A DNA stretch of 64,000 bases from Nitrospira sp. (GTDB lineage Bacteria > Nitrospirota > Nitrospiria > Nitrospirales > Nitrospiraceae). Below the pieces are notes generated by a model. The model was not told where the DNA came from. It made no database searches and saw only the letters and a program-made list of their open reading frames with translations. The DNA lies in the NCBI GenBank assembly GCA_047150005.1, contig AP038806.1, positions 576,001-640,000 on the forward strand, read 5' to 3'. Positions 11,620 through 21,079 of this stretch are shown piece by piece. The number at the start of each line of letters is the position of its first letter. Position 1 is the first letter of the stretch. Position numbers and translations under genes: made by a program.

Positions 11620-12042
11620 TCAGGGGATGTCGTCGAGGAGTGTCGATTCCATAGGCGCAAGCGGGGCCGCACTTCGTGGGGGTGGCGGAAGCACGATGGG
11701 CGAGCCGACTTGGTTGGCTCCTTGAATCAGACCGATCGAAAGCTGCGGCCCCAGTGTCATGACTGCGCCGCTCCATGCCTGGCTCGTAGTGGGGTTTCGG
11801 AAGCTGAAGGATTGGAAATTGTTCCCGGGGTTGTAGATGTACCCTTGCGTCCCTTGGTTGTCGATATACAAACTCCCCGGCCCCACTAAACTGAAGAGCG
11901 GCGCGACGCCCCCGTCGAATCCTCGTACGCCGGACACCGTTTGCCCCCAAGCCGGCGATCCCACAGCGCTGCACGTCAGCAACAGGCAGGAGGCCGTGAT
12001 CCAGAAGGTGGGGCGCAAAGGAAGTTCATGACAGTCGTGCAT
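11620..12042 (-). CDS. Exported hypothetical protein
   Basis: Signal-peptide-like N-terminus ending AWG, G/N/Q-rich body and Pro-rich tail. Fills the gap between its neighbours. Confidence 0.55.
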   Translation of the reverse strand: MHDCHELPLRPTFWITASCLLLTCSAVGSPAWGQTVSGVRGFDGGVAPLFSLVGPGSLYIDNQGTQGYIYNPGNNFQSFSFRNPTTSQAWSGAVMTLGPQLSIGLIQGANQVGSPIVLPPPPRSAAPLAPMESTLLDDIP

Positions 12043-12095
12043 AAACCCATTATAGTATGGGACACCTTCCCTGTCGATCAGTCAAAGGGGGAACT

Positions 12096-13652
12096 ATGGC
12101 ACAGAGATCGAAAGTGCCCAGGGCCTGCCCGGTGCTTCTGGGCATCGGTCTGACTTGGGCTGCCGGACTTGCCTGGGGCGCGGACGATCTGAAGACCCAG
12201 CCGGAAGAGCGACGAGAGGCCATTTCGCTGGCCGACGCGGCGCTGCGAGCGTTGAAGAGTAATCTGGACATCAGTATCAGCCGCCAGACGAAAGAGAGCC
12301 GGCTCGCGGACATCACCGTGGAGCAAGCCAAATTCGACCCGACCTTGAGCGTCAACGGACAATACAACCGCTCGGCCAGCCCGCTCAATCGTCCGGTGTT
12401 CGGCGGAACCCAGGGCAACCTGACCGATATCCAAACATTCGATCAGCGGACCACCCAAGTGACGGTCGACGCGGTGACCAACCTTGTCACCGGCGGTAAT
12501 GTCGATTTGAACTATGCTCCGGCGCGAACCAACGTGAACCCGGAGGTCGCCCAGGGGTTCTTGTACAACCCGGCCTATACCAGCAGCTTGGCGCTGACCC
12601 TGACACAACCGCTGCTCCGGAACGCCGGCATCGACATCAATAAGACGTTCATCAAGGTGGCCCAGAACAACGCCGACGTGGAGCAACATGTCTTTCGCGA
12701 TCGCGTGTTGACCGTAATCGCCACGGTCGAGCAGACCTATTGGGAGCTTGTCTTTGCCAACGAGAATCTGAAGGTGGCGCAAGCCGCCCTCAAAGCCGCG
12801 CAGGAACTGTTGGCCAGCAACCGGGCCAAGGCCAAGGCGGGCGTCATGTCCATCGTGGATGTCCTGCAGGCCGAGGCCGCCGTCGCGTCACGCGTGGAGC
12901 AGGTGCTGGTCGCTGAAAAAGCCATCCGTGATCAGGAAGACCAGCTCCGCCGCCTGCTCAATCCGGGCGAAGAAGACCTGCGACTGGACGTTCGCCTCAC
13001 TCCGACCGATCCGCCGGTGACGGTGCTGGAACCGCTCAGTCTTCAGGAGGCGATCGACATCGCGATCGATCAACGGCCTGAGGTCGTGCAGGCCAAGAAA
13101 AACCTGGACTCCGGCGAACTCAACAAACAGTTCGCGAAGAACCAGCTGCTCCCGACCCTGTCGTTTCAAGGGACGATGGGCCTGCTCGGCTTGGGCGGCG
13201 ACTATAAGGGCACCAGCGAGCGAAACTTCAACGGAGATTTCTATAATTACGGCGCCGGTCTCGTCCTGAGTTATCCGCTCGGCAATCGCTCGGCCATCAG
13301 CACCTATAATAAACGACAGCTGGAGGCGAAGAATGCCGAAGCCGCCCTGGCCAGCGTGCGGCAACAGATCATCGTGGGCGTCCGGGAGGCGGTGCGCCGG
13401 GTCCAGACGGATTTCAAGCGCATCGAGACCACTCGTTCCGCCCGCATCATGGCCGAGAAGCAGCTCCAAGCGGAGCAAGAGCGTCTGAAGGTCGGCCTCA
13501 GCACGACACGCTTCGTGCTCGACTTCCAGCGAGACCTCGCGACGGCGCAGGGCAATGAACTGCGTGCGACCGTGGACTACAACAAGTCCCTGTCCAACCT
13601 TTCGCGGCACAAGGCCACGACGCTGGACCGCTACCATCTCGAACTGCAGTAG
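12096..13652 (+). CDS. TolC family outer-membrane efflux protein
   Basis: Signal peptide and two OEP repeats (LTLTQPLL...; VLSYPL...GLSTTRFVLDFQ). Confidence 0.92.
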   Translation: MAQRSKVPRACPVLLGIGLTWAAGLAWGADDLKTQPEERREAISLADAALRALKSNLDISISRQTKESRLADITVEQAKFDPTLSVNGQYNRSASPLNRPVFGGTQGNLTDIQTFDQRTTQVTVDAVTNLVTGGNVDLNYAPARTNVNPEVAQGFLYNPAYTSSLALTLTQPLLRNAGIDINKTFIKVAQNNADVEQHVFRDRVLTVIATVEQTYWELVFANENLKVAQAALKAAQELLASNRAKAKAGVMSIVDVLQAEAAVASRVEQVLVAEKAIRDQEDQLRRLLNPGEEDLRLDVRLTPTDPPVTVLEPLSLQEAIDIAIDQRPEVVQAKKNLDSGELNKQFAKNQLLPTLSFQGTMGLLGLGGDYKGTSERNFNGDFYNYGAGLVLSYPLGNRSAISTYNKRQLEAKNAEAALASVRQQIIVGVREAVRRVQTDFKRIETTRSARIMAEKQLQAEQERLKVGLSTTRFVLDFQRDLATAQGNELRATVDYNKSLSNLSRHKATTLDRYHLELQ

Positions 13653-13661
13653 CCGCCTGCG

Positions 13662-14372
13662 ATGGCGTCGCAGCCGGGTCGGTCCCTTCAGGATCGCGGC
13701 GCGGAACGTGGAGCCGCTTTCGTGCTGCTCCCCATCGCCGCAACGGTTGCGTTTTACGGCCTCCCCTCCCGACTCCAAGATCAACCGACGATCCAGTTCA
13801 TTCCACAGCTGCTCGGCTATCTGGCTTGCCTTCTGTGGGTGACCCGTAATCCCGGGCTCGTGGCCCGTTTCGGCCTCGAACCGGGCAAGATCGCTACGGG
13901 CGTGCTGAGAGGATTGCCTGTCGGCTGCCTGCTGGGTGCCTTCAATTCGTTTGTGATTCTCTGGTGCGTTCCGCGGTTCGGATACGACATTACGTTTCTC
14001 ACACACACCCCGCACGCCCGGCTCCCGGTCTACCTGATGCTGCCGTGGCTCATTTGCGGCATCGCGGTGTTCGTGGAATTCAACTTCCGCGGCTACCTGC
14101 TCGGCCGCTTGCAGTCGCTGGGAACCACGACGTTCGGAGCCGGCCGCCCCCGGCTCGGCTCGAGCCTCGCCGTCGGCCTCAGCGCGCTGGCATTTTCCTT
14201 CGATCCCTTCATGGCGCACACGTTCCGCGAGCTTCATTGGATCGCCCTTTGGGACGGGGCGATCTGGGGTGCGCTTCAAGTCGCCATGCGCAACTTGTAC
14301 GTGCCGATCACCGCCCATGCAGTCGAGGTCCTCGTCATGTATAGTGTCATACGGTCGGTGCTCCTGGGATGA
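13662..14372 (+). CDS. CPBP (CAAX protease/Abi) family intramembrane protein with divergent motifs
   Basis: Multi-TM protein. VEFNFRG sits at the EExxxR position, and the C-terminus reads NLYVPITAH. Confidence 0.7.
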   Translation: MASQPGRSLQDRGAERGAAFVLLPIAATVAFYGLPSRLQDQPTIQFIPQLLGYLACLLWVTRNPGLVARFGLEPGKIATGVLRGLPVGCLLGAFNSFVILWCVPRFGYDITFLTHTPHARLPVYLMLPWLICGIAVFVEFNFRGYLLGRLQSLGTTTFGAGRPRLGSSLAVGLSALAFSFDPFMAHTFRELHWIALWDGAIWGALQVAMRNLYVPITAHAVEVLVMYSVIRSVLLG

Positions 14373-14379
14373 GCGGAGC

Positions 14380-15399
14380 ATGAATCCGTCATTCTCCAGT
14401 TACCTCGTCAACGATGTATTCGGCGATCCCGGCGTGTACGTGGACGTGCGCTGGTCGAGGCGCGCGTTGCTCTTCGACCTCGGCCAGAACGATACGTTGG
14501 GGCCGACCAGGCTGCTGCGGGCCGGCGACATCTTCATCTCGCACACGCACGTGGATCACTTCATCGGATTCGACGCGGTCCTGCGCGTGGCCCTCGGGCG
14601 GGGCAAGACGGTCTGCCTGTTCGGTCCTCCCGGCCTTATCGACAATGTGACCGGGAAACTCCGCGGCTACACGTGGAACCTGGTGGACGGCTATCCCCTC
14701 AGGCTGGATGTTCGAGAGTTCCATGCCCGACAGGTCCGGCGGATGCGTTTTCATGCGAGCGACGGGTTCACTCCGGTGGAGGAGGCTTCTTCGTTCCTGA
14801 CTCCGGATCCTGCGACCGGTCAGTTCGTGGTCCTCGAGGACCCCATGTTCACCGTACGTGCGGTTGCCTTGAACCACAGAATCCCATCGTTTGCCTATGC
14901 GCTGGAAGAACAGTTTCATATCAACGTGAACAGGCAGCGGCTGCACGAGGCGGGCCTGCCGGTCGGCTCGTGGCTCAAGGACGTCAAACAACACATCTGG
15001 CAGGGCCGAGCCGACGATTTCCGCTTCACCGCCACGTTGTATGACGAGCATCGACGCGAAGAGCGCGACTTCCTCCTGGGCGACGTGAAGGAGCGGTTTC
15101 TCACGATCTCGCGCGGGCAGAAAATCGTCTATGTCGTGGACACCCGCTTCGATCCGGACAACGAGGCCAAGATCGTCGCCTTGGCGCATGAGGCCGATAC
15201 GCTCTACTGCGAGTCCCCCTATCTCGACGCCGATGCGGCCAAGGCTTTCGATCGCTATCACCTCACGGCCCGGCAAGCCGGGTCGATGGCGCGCAAGGCC
15301 GGGGTACGGGATTTGGTCGTCTTTCACTTTTCTCCGCGGTATACAGGGCAAGGCGACGCGATCGAACGGGAAGCCATGGACGCGTTCCGCGGTTATTGA
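14380..15399 (+). CDS. Ribonuclease Z-like metallo-beta-lactamase
   Basis: LFDLG, SHTHVDH (HxHxDH), HLTARQAG and HFSPRY motifs. Confidence 0.88.
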   Translation: MNPSFSSYLVNDVFGDPGVYVDVRWSRRALLFDLGQNDTLGPTRLLRAGDIFISHTHVDHFIGFDAVLRVALGRGKTVCLFGPPGLIDNVTGKLRGYTWNLVDGYPLRLDVREFHARQVRRMRFHASDGFTPVEEASSFLTPDPATGQFVVLEDPMFTVRAVALNHRIPSFAYALEEQFHINVNRQRLHEAGLPVGSWLKDVKQHIWQGRADDFRFTATLYDEHRREERDFLLGDVKERFLTISRGQKIVYVVDTRFDPDNEAKIVALAHEADTLYCESPYLDADAAKAFDRYHLTARQAGSMARKAGVRDLVVFHFSPRYTGQGDAIEREAMDAFRGY

Positions 15400-15411
15400 G
15401 GAGACTCTGTC

Positions 15412-15750
15412 GTGAATGACCTCGTCAAGTATGGCGTGTATTTCTTGCTCGGGGGCACAATCGTCAGCCTGTCGACCTACTTGGGCTCACAAGGACGTTC
15501 TTTTCTCGCCGCCTTCGCCAGTACGTTTCCAGCCATTACCGGCGCGACGTTCCTTCTGATCTACTTGAACGACGGCACGGACTCTCTCGTGGGCTACGCG
15601 AAGAACCTCTTATGGTTCATCCCGCCGTGGATCGTCTACGTCGTCAGCATGATCGTCGGGGTTCCGCGTCTGGGATTCTGGCCGGGCGCCGCCATGTCGC
15701 TGACGCTGTATATGATGTGTATTGCCCTCCTGAGGATGACGCTACGATGA
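15412..15750 (+). CDS. Small 4-TM membrane protein (DUF3147/GlpM-like)
   Basis: Four hydrophobic helices. GAGGAG RBS. Confidence 0.7.
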   Translation: MNDLVKYGVYFLLGGTIVSLSTYLGSQGRSFLAAFASTFPAITGATFLLIYLNDGTDSLVGYAKNLLWFIPPWIVYVVSMIVGVPRLGFWPGAAMSLTLYMMCIALLRMTLR

Positions 15751-15881
15751 CCGCCGGCACGCCTCATGTGATTCTTCGCGCTCGAAACGGTGTGAGCAGC
15801 CTGAGTTCCGGGCTACGGCCCGGCGAGGGAATGATGACGCTCGGTTATTGGAGGGACAGGGTGAATCGGATGGAAGCGGCG

Positions 15882-16457
15882 CTAGGAAGCGCCGAAGTGC
15901 AGACGGCTCATCTCTCTCATCACCAACACCAATTGCTCGATGGTCTCGGTGACGGCCGCGCTGGCCTTGTGCGACGGGCCTTGGCCGCCGGCCCAGATGT
16001 CCGGAGGATTATCCAGTTCCAACACGTTCTGACAGAATCTGGTCAATGAGTGCTTCCAATAGATGCCGTCCTGCTCCTGCTGGATGAAATGATCCCGGTC
16101 CTCCGAAAAGGGCCGGTCGAATTGTCTGGCTCGCATCTGCCACATCTGCTCCATGGCCTGCTGCCGTTCCCGGCTGAACTCCAACGTCGTGGCCTTTTCG
16201 TTCAAGGCGGCAAACAGCCCCCCGATCACCCGCTCGACCTCGGATTCAGGAAACATGCCGACACAGGATTGCACCACGAGATATTTGTGGAACAGAAAGG
16301 CTTCGGCGCTGACGCGGGCCTCGTTCGCCGACGGGTCGTAGGCCCGCGCCAATTCCTTCAGGGCCTCGCCGGATCGCCCTTCGAGACTTGAGCCGAGCAG
16401 GACCGCCAATTGCCGGCCTAGGCTCAGATAGTCAGATGGCGTAGAAGACCGTGCCAT
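15882..16457 (-). CDS. Hypothetical protein
   Basis: 191-aa ORF with AGGAG RBS and normal composition. Fills the gap. Confidence 0.7.
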   Translation of the reverse strand: MARSSTPSDYLSLGRQLAVLLGSSLEGRSGEALKELARAYDPSANEARVSAEAFLFHKYLVVQSCVGMFPESEVERVIGGLFAALNEKATTLEFSRERQQAMEQMWQMRARQFDRPFSEDRDHFIQQEQDGIYWKHSLTRFCQNVLELDNPPDIWAGGQGPSHKASAAVTETIEQLVLVMREMSRLHFGAS

Positions 16458-16675
16458 ACGAATCGCGACTCCTCTCGTCCGGTCGGTGCGCCGACCCCGT
16501 CATGTGATACGCACCCGCGAAGCACACCGCCCCATATTCTCATTCAGCGGGGGAATCCCCAAGACAAAGCGGCATTCCTTCCTCTCGCCACCTAAGCCGC
16601 TTCATTGAAGACACCGGCGGCTCTTGCTAGGATGACCGATCTTGCCCTGCTCGGGAGAAACGCGTGTCGCCGCCT

Positions 16676-19543
16676 ATGAAGCCCGAATCCACGGTCCGCA
16701 GCCTGATTGTCGAAGGGGCGCGGCAAAACAACCTCAAGAATATTTCCCTCACCCTGCCTCACGATCGCGTCACCGCCGTGACCGGACTGTCCGGATCGGG
16801 AAAGTCCTCATTGGCCTTCGACACGCTGTTTGCCGAGGGACAATGGCGCTACGTCGAATCACTCTCGACCTATGCGCGGATGTTTCTCGAAAAAGTCTCC
16901 CGTCCCGACGTCGATCGCATCCTCAACGTCCGCCCGGCGATCGCCATCGAGCAGAAAAACCAGGTGCGCACCGCCCGCTCGACCGTGGGGACCTCCACCG
17001 AGATCGCCGACCTGCTGCGTCTGCTGTTCGCCAAAATCGGTAAGCCGATCTGTCCGGACTGCGGCCTAGAAGCCCGGGCCTTTCATCCGGACACGGTGGT
17101 CGATGACCTGCTCGCCCGTTTCTCCGGCGCACGGGCCATGATCCTCTTCCCGATCGGCGCCCCGACCGCCAAGCAGGAACAAGACTTCCGGCAGGCCCTG
17201 CTGACCAGAGGCTATGCCCGCCTCAAGGTCGGAGAGGAGGTCGTCGATTTGCACGACGCGCAGCCGCTTTTTCGAACAGGAGGCGCTCCGTACGTCGTGC
17301 TCGATCGCCTGGTCCTTGGACAGGACAACCGGTCGCGTCTCGTAGAGGCCGTGGAAACCGCGTTTCGTGAGGGAGAGGGCCGGTGCGCCGTCGACGTGAT
17401 CGGCAGCGGCATGCAGACCTACAGCAGCGGGTTTTTTTGTCAGCGCTGCGGCCGGACATTCGAGCCCCTGAGGCCCGTCTTGTTTTCGTTCAATCACCCA
17501 CTCGGCGCCTGCCCCGAATGCAAAGGCTTCGGCAACGTCTTGCGGTACGATCCGGAGCTGGTGATTCCCGATCACGGAAAATCCCTTGCTCAGGGGGCCG
17601 TCGAACCCTGGAGCAAGGCCGGCACCGACTGGTGGCAGAAGCAGATGTTGCTGGCCATGAAGCGACAGGGAGTGGACCTCTCGGCGCCCTTCAAGAACCT
17701 GTCTGAGTCGGTTCGGGACCTCCTCTGGAAGGGTAACAAGTCCTTCGACGGTATCAACGATTTCTTCACGTACATGGAAGGCAAGCGCTACAAGCTGCAC
17801 GTCCGTGTCCTCCTCAGCCGCTATCGCACGCCCGTCAGCTGCCCGAGCTGTCACGGCAGCCGGCTGAAGCCGCAGGCCCGCTATGTGAAGGTCGGCGACA
17901 AGGACATCCACCACGTCGCCGAGATGACGGTCGAAGGTGCCGTCGCATGGCTGAACGACCTGACCCTGAGGCCGTTCGAGATGGTGATCGCCGCGGACCT
18001 GATCAGACACTTGCGTGCCAAGCTGGGATTCCTGGCGCGGGTGGGACTCGGCTATCTTACATTGGACAGGCAGACCAGAAGCCTCTCAGGCGGAGAGGCG
18101 CAGCGCGTGTCGCTGGCCAACCAGCTCGGCGCGAGGTTGGTCGGGACACTGTACGTGCTCGACGAGCCGACCATTGGACTGCACGCACGAGACACCGCCC
18201 TGCTCGCGGAGATTCTCAAGGATCTCGCGGCAGCCGGCAACACTGTCGTGGTCGTCGAGCACGACCGCCGGATGATCGAGTCCGCCGACTATATCGTGGA
18301 GTTGGGACCGCAGTCCGGCGAGAAGGGAGGGGAAGTCGTCTGCGCCGCTCCGGCGAAGGAATTTCTGTCAGACCGAAATGCGATCACAGCGCGTTACCTT
18401 CGCGGCGAGGAGCAGATTCCGGTACCGAGAACGCGCCGCCGAGGCAACGGCAAGCTGCTGGTCGTTGCCGGCGCGAGTGAACACAACCTGAAAGATCTCC
18501 TCGTCCGGCTTCCGCTGCACATGCTGATCTGCGTCACCGGAGTCTCGGGATCCGGCAAGAGCACGTTGGTCGAAGACATCCTGTATCGCGCGCTGGCCCG
18601 TGCATTTCGCGTGGAATCGCTGCCGATGGGCCGGTTCTCCGCCATCAAAGGGATCGAGCACCTCAACGGCGTCCGACTGATCGACCAGCAGCCGATCGGA
18701 CGGACGCCGAGATCCAACCCCATTACCTATTTGAAGGCGTTTGAGGAGATCAGACGGTTGTTCGCCTCCGAGCGAGACGCGTTGCGCCGGAACTTCACGC
18801 CGGGACATTTCTCATTCAATGCGGCGGGCGGGCGGTGCGAACGCTGCGAAGGCAGCGGCGTGGAAAAACTGGAAATGTATTTTTTCGAAGATATCTATGT
18901 GCCCTGCGAAGTGTGTGAGGGGAAACGATTCAAACCCGACGTCCTGGCCATCCGCCATCGAGGAAAGAACATCTCCGATGTGCTCGCGATGACGGCGGAC
19001 GAAGCCCTGTCGTTTTTTTCCGGTGTGCCCAAACTGCAGGAGCGCCTGCATCTGCTCTCCTCCATCGGTTTGGGATACCTGCGCCTGGGACAATCCGCCA
19101 CGACCCTCTCCGGAGGTGAAGCCCAGCGGCTCAAGATCGCCGCCGAGCTGGCTATGAACGGGGATGGGCATCGGAAGGGGACCGTCCCCGCAAGGGACCG
19201 TCCCCGTTCCTCCTGGACCGACAGGGACGGGCACCGTCATGGGCGGAGCCAGTCCCCGGGCATGCTCTACATCATGGATGAACCGACGACAGGACTACAC
19301 CTCGACGACGTCAAGAAACTGTTGGCGGTCCTTCACAGACTCGTCGACGCGGGCAATACGGTGCTCGTGGTCGAGCACAATCTGGACGTGATCAAGTCCG
19401 CCGATTGGATCATCGATCTCGGACCGGAGGGAGGCGAAGCCGGCGGCCGGATCGTCGCCGAGGGACGACCCGAACAGGTGGCGAAAGCGGAGGAGTCGCA
19501 TACAGGACGATTCCTGGCAGAGTCCTTAGCCTCTACGCAGTGA
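16676..19543 (+). CDS. uvrA: Excinuclease ABC subunit UvrA, with an in-frame palindromic insertion near the C-terminus
   Basis: Two ABC cassettes (GLSGSGKSS, GVSGSGKST, LSGGEAQR twice, DEPT twice) and CxxC zinc fingers. Confidence 0.96.
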   Translation: MKPESTVRSLIVEGARQNNLKNISLTLPHDRVTAVTGLSGSGKSSLAFDTLFAEGQWRYVESLSTYARMFLEKVSRPDVDRILNVRPAIAIEQKNQVRTARSTVGTSTEIADLLRLLFAKIGKPICPDCGLEARAFHPDTVVDDLLARFSGARAMILFPIGAPTAKQEQDFRQALLTRGYARLKVGEEVVDLHDAQPLFRTGGAPYVVLDRLVLGQDNRSRLVEAVETAFREGEGRCAVDVIGSGMQTYSSGFFCQRCGRTFEPLRPVLFSFNHPLGACPECKGFGNVLRYDPELVIPDHGKSLAQGAVEPWSKAGTDWWQKQMLLAMKRQGVDLSAPFKNLSESVRDLLWKGNKSFDGINDFFTYMEGKRYKLHVRVLLSRYRTPVSCPSCHGSRLKPQARYVKVGDKDIHHVAEMTVEGAVAWLNDLTLRPFEMVIAADLIRHLRAKLGFLARVGLGYLTLDRQTRSLSGGEAQRVSLANQLGARLVGTLYVLDEPTIGLHARDTALLAEILKDLAAAGNTVVVVEHDRRMIESADYIVELGPQSGEKGGEVVCAAPAKEFLSDRNAITARYLRGEEQIPVPRTRRRGNGKLLVVAGASEHNLKDLLVRLPLHMLICVTGVSGSGKSTLVEDILYRALARAFRVESLPMGRFSAIKGIEHLNGVRLIDQQPIGRTPRSNPITYLKAFEEIRRLFASERDALRRNFTPGHFSFNAAGGRCERCEGSGVEKLEMYFFEDIYVPCEVCEGKRFKPDVLAIRHRGKNISDVLAMTADEALSFFSGVPKLQERLHLLSSIGLGYLRLGQSATTLSGGEAQRLKIAAELAMNGDGHRKGTVPARDRPRSSWTDRDGHRHGRSQSPGMLYIMDEPTTGLHLDDVKKLLAVLHRLVDAGNTVLVVEHNLDVIKSADWIIDLGPEGGEAGGRIVAEGRPEQVAKAEESHTGRFLAESLASTQ
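19157..19257. repeat. Composite palindromic (REP-like) element inserted in frame in uvrA
   Basis: GGGGACCGTCCCC-gcaa-GGGACCGTCCCC, plus GGGACGGGCACC-N9-GGAGCCAGTCCC at 19224-19256. A second copy lies at 31964-31996. Confidence 0.75.
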
Positions 19544-19585
19544 TCTGATGAGAGTATTCGGCCACTGGAATCCTGAGCTTCCCCG

Positions 19586-20974
19586 TCATTCGGCCTGCTG
19601 CTCGTCCTTCTTCTCTTCTTGTGGCGCATGCCCTCCGGCCAATCGCTTCTGCAGATACTGCTTGCTGACAGTGGTAATGAGAAAGGCCAACCCGATAGCG
19701 ATGGGAACGAACACCGCCGACGCGATATTGGCGTTCTTGATCCATCCCGCCTCGTAGAGCCCTTTGAGAATGTACCCCGCCAATCCTGCCAGGTAATAGG
19801 CGATGACGATCACCGACAGGCCCTCGACCGTATGCTGGAGGATCACCTGGCTCTTCGTGGTCTTGTCCACGCTTTGCAGAAGCGCGAGATTCTGTGCTTG
19901 AAGAATCAGATCCACACGCGCCCGGATGATTGAAATGATGCCTTCAAAGCCGCCTCGGAGGGTGTCGATTCGACGGAGCAGCTGCTGATAACCCTCCGCC
20001 ACGCCCGTAATGCCGCCGAGCACATAATCGGAGATCGGACGATACGAGTCCAGGGGGTGCTCTGCCAGCGAGGCCAACGTGGCATGCACGATCTTGTCGT
20101 ATGGCAGCGACGCGGACAGTTCAAAGTGGAGCCGGCCCGCGATACGATTGGTCTTGAGCAGATCCTGAGTGAGGCTGTTCAGCCACCGCTGCAGCGTCTG
20201 CGAATCCGCATGGCCGATGTGGCCGCTGATGACTTCGCGCTGCTTCAAGTGAACCTGTTCGAATTTATACACCTGATCTACGGCGGCGGAGAACAAGGGC
20301 TTCTGCATCAGCAACAGATGGTAGTAGGTCTCGATCCGGACGATGGCATCGACGATATCTTTAAGCCGCGATGCGACCCTCTGCGGCTGTCCCACGCTGA
20401 CCCAATACCGTTCGCGCCCCTGCTCATCCGGGGTAAAGCTCGTCACCACGCTGGTCTGTTCGTCGAGAATCCGGCTCCCGTACAACACCGGCCCCGGCAA
20501 TACCACTCTCATGCGCTCGCGCGACGGCACTGCATCCAAGGCCAGCAGGATGTCGAGACGGCACACTTCCGTGCCGAGCGGCGTCACGGGGAATTGATAC
20601 CCGGGAAAGGTCAAAGCACCGAAGGACGTCTCAGCCCATGTCGGGAGAGGCAGATGCCAGAGCTGGTAATTGTAATACTCGGTATGGGCCTGCCAGACGA
20701 CGATCAACCGTTCTCCGGTCGCCGTCTCCTTGACCCCGTAGCCGAACGTTTCGTGCAGGAACACCTGTTCGTCCGGCACGGAAAAGGCGGAGAGGATTGA
20801 TTGGAATTCCTCCCGGCTGGCCTTGCGTTGCACCGGAGGATCGGACATCCGAAAGGCCATGTAGTGGACGTGGGCCGGAGCCCTGAGCCATTCGATCAGC
20901 GGCGTCTGCGGCCGCTCGTGGAGTCTCTTCAGCATGGCCTCGGTTCCGAACTGCGAGGGCTCTCGTTCAGTCAT
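19586..20974 (-). CDS. DUF3422 family membrane-anchored protein
   Basis: LHERP N-terminus, WQAHTEY, IETYYHLLL and C-terminal LQHTVEGLSVIVIAYY followed by two TM helices. Confidence 0.85.
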   Translation of the reverse strand: MTEREPSQFGTEAMLKRLHERPQTPLIEWLRAPAHVHYMAFRMSDPPVQRKASREEFQSILSAFSVPDEQVFLHETFGYGVKETATGERLIVVWQAHTEYYNYQLWHLPLPTWAETSFGALTFPGYQFPVTPLGTEVCRLDILLALDAVPSRERMRVVLPGPVLYGSRILDEQTSVVTSFTPDEQGRERYWVSVGQPQRVASRLKDIVDAIVRIETYYHLLLMQKPLFSAAVDQVYKFEQVHLKQREVISGHIGHADSQTLQRWLNSLTQDLLKTNRIAGRLHFELSASLPYDKIVHATLASLAEHPLDSYRPISDYVLGGITGVAEGYQQLLRRIDTLRGGFEGIISIIRARVDLILQAQNLALLQSVDKTTKSQVILQHTVEGLSVIVIAYYLAGLAGYILKGLYEAGWIKNANIASAVFVPIAIGLAFLITTVSKQYLQKRLAGGHAPQEEKKDEQQAE

Positions 20975-21079
20975 CGCTCCCCCTTTACGCGGTCATCACG
21001 ACGTGATCCGGTTCCTCAGCGGCTCCGCCGGAACGGGCAACCGGAGCCGGCGTCGGCACATCGACACGGCACCCGGCGG

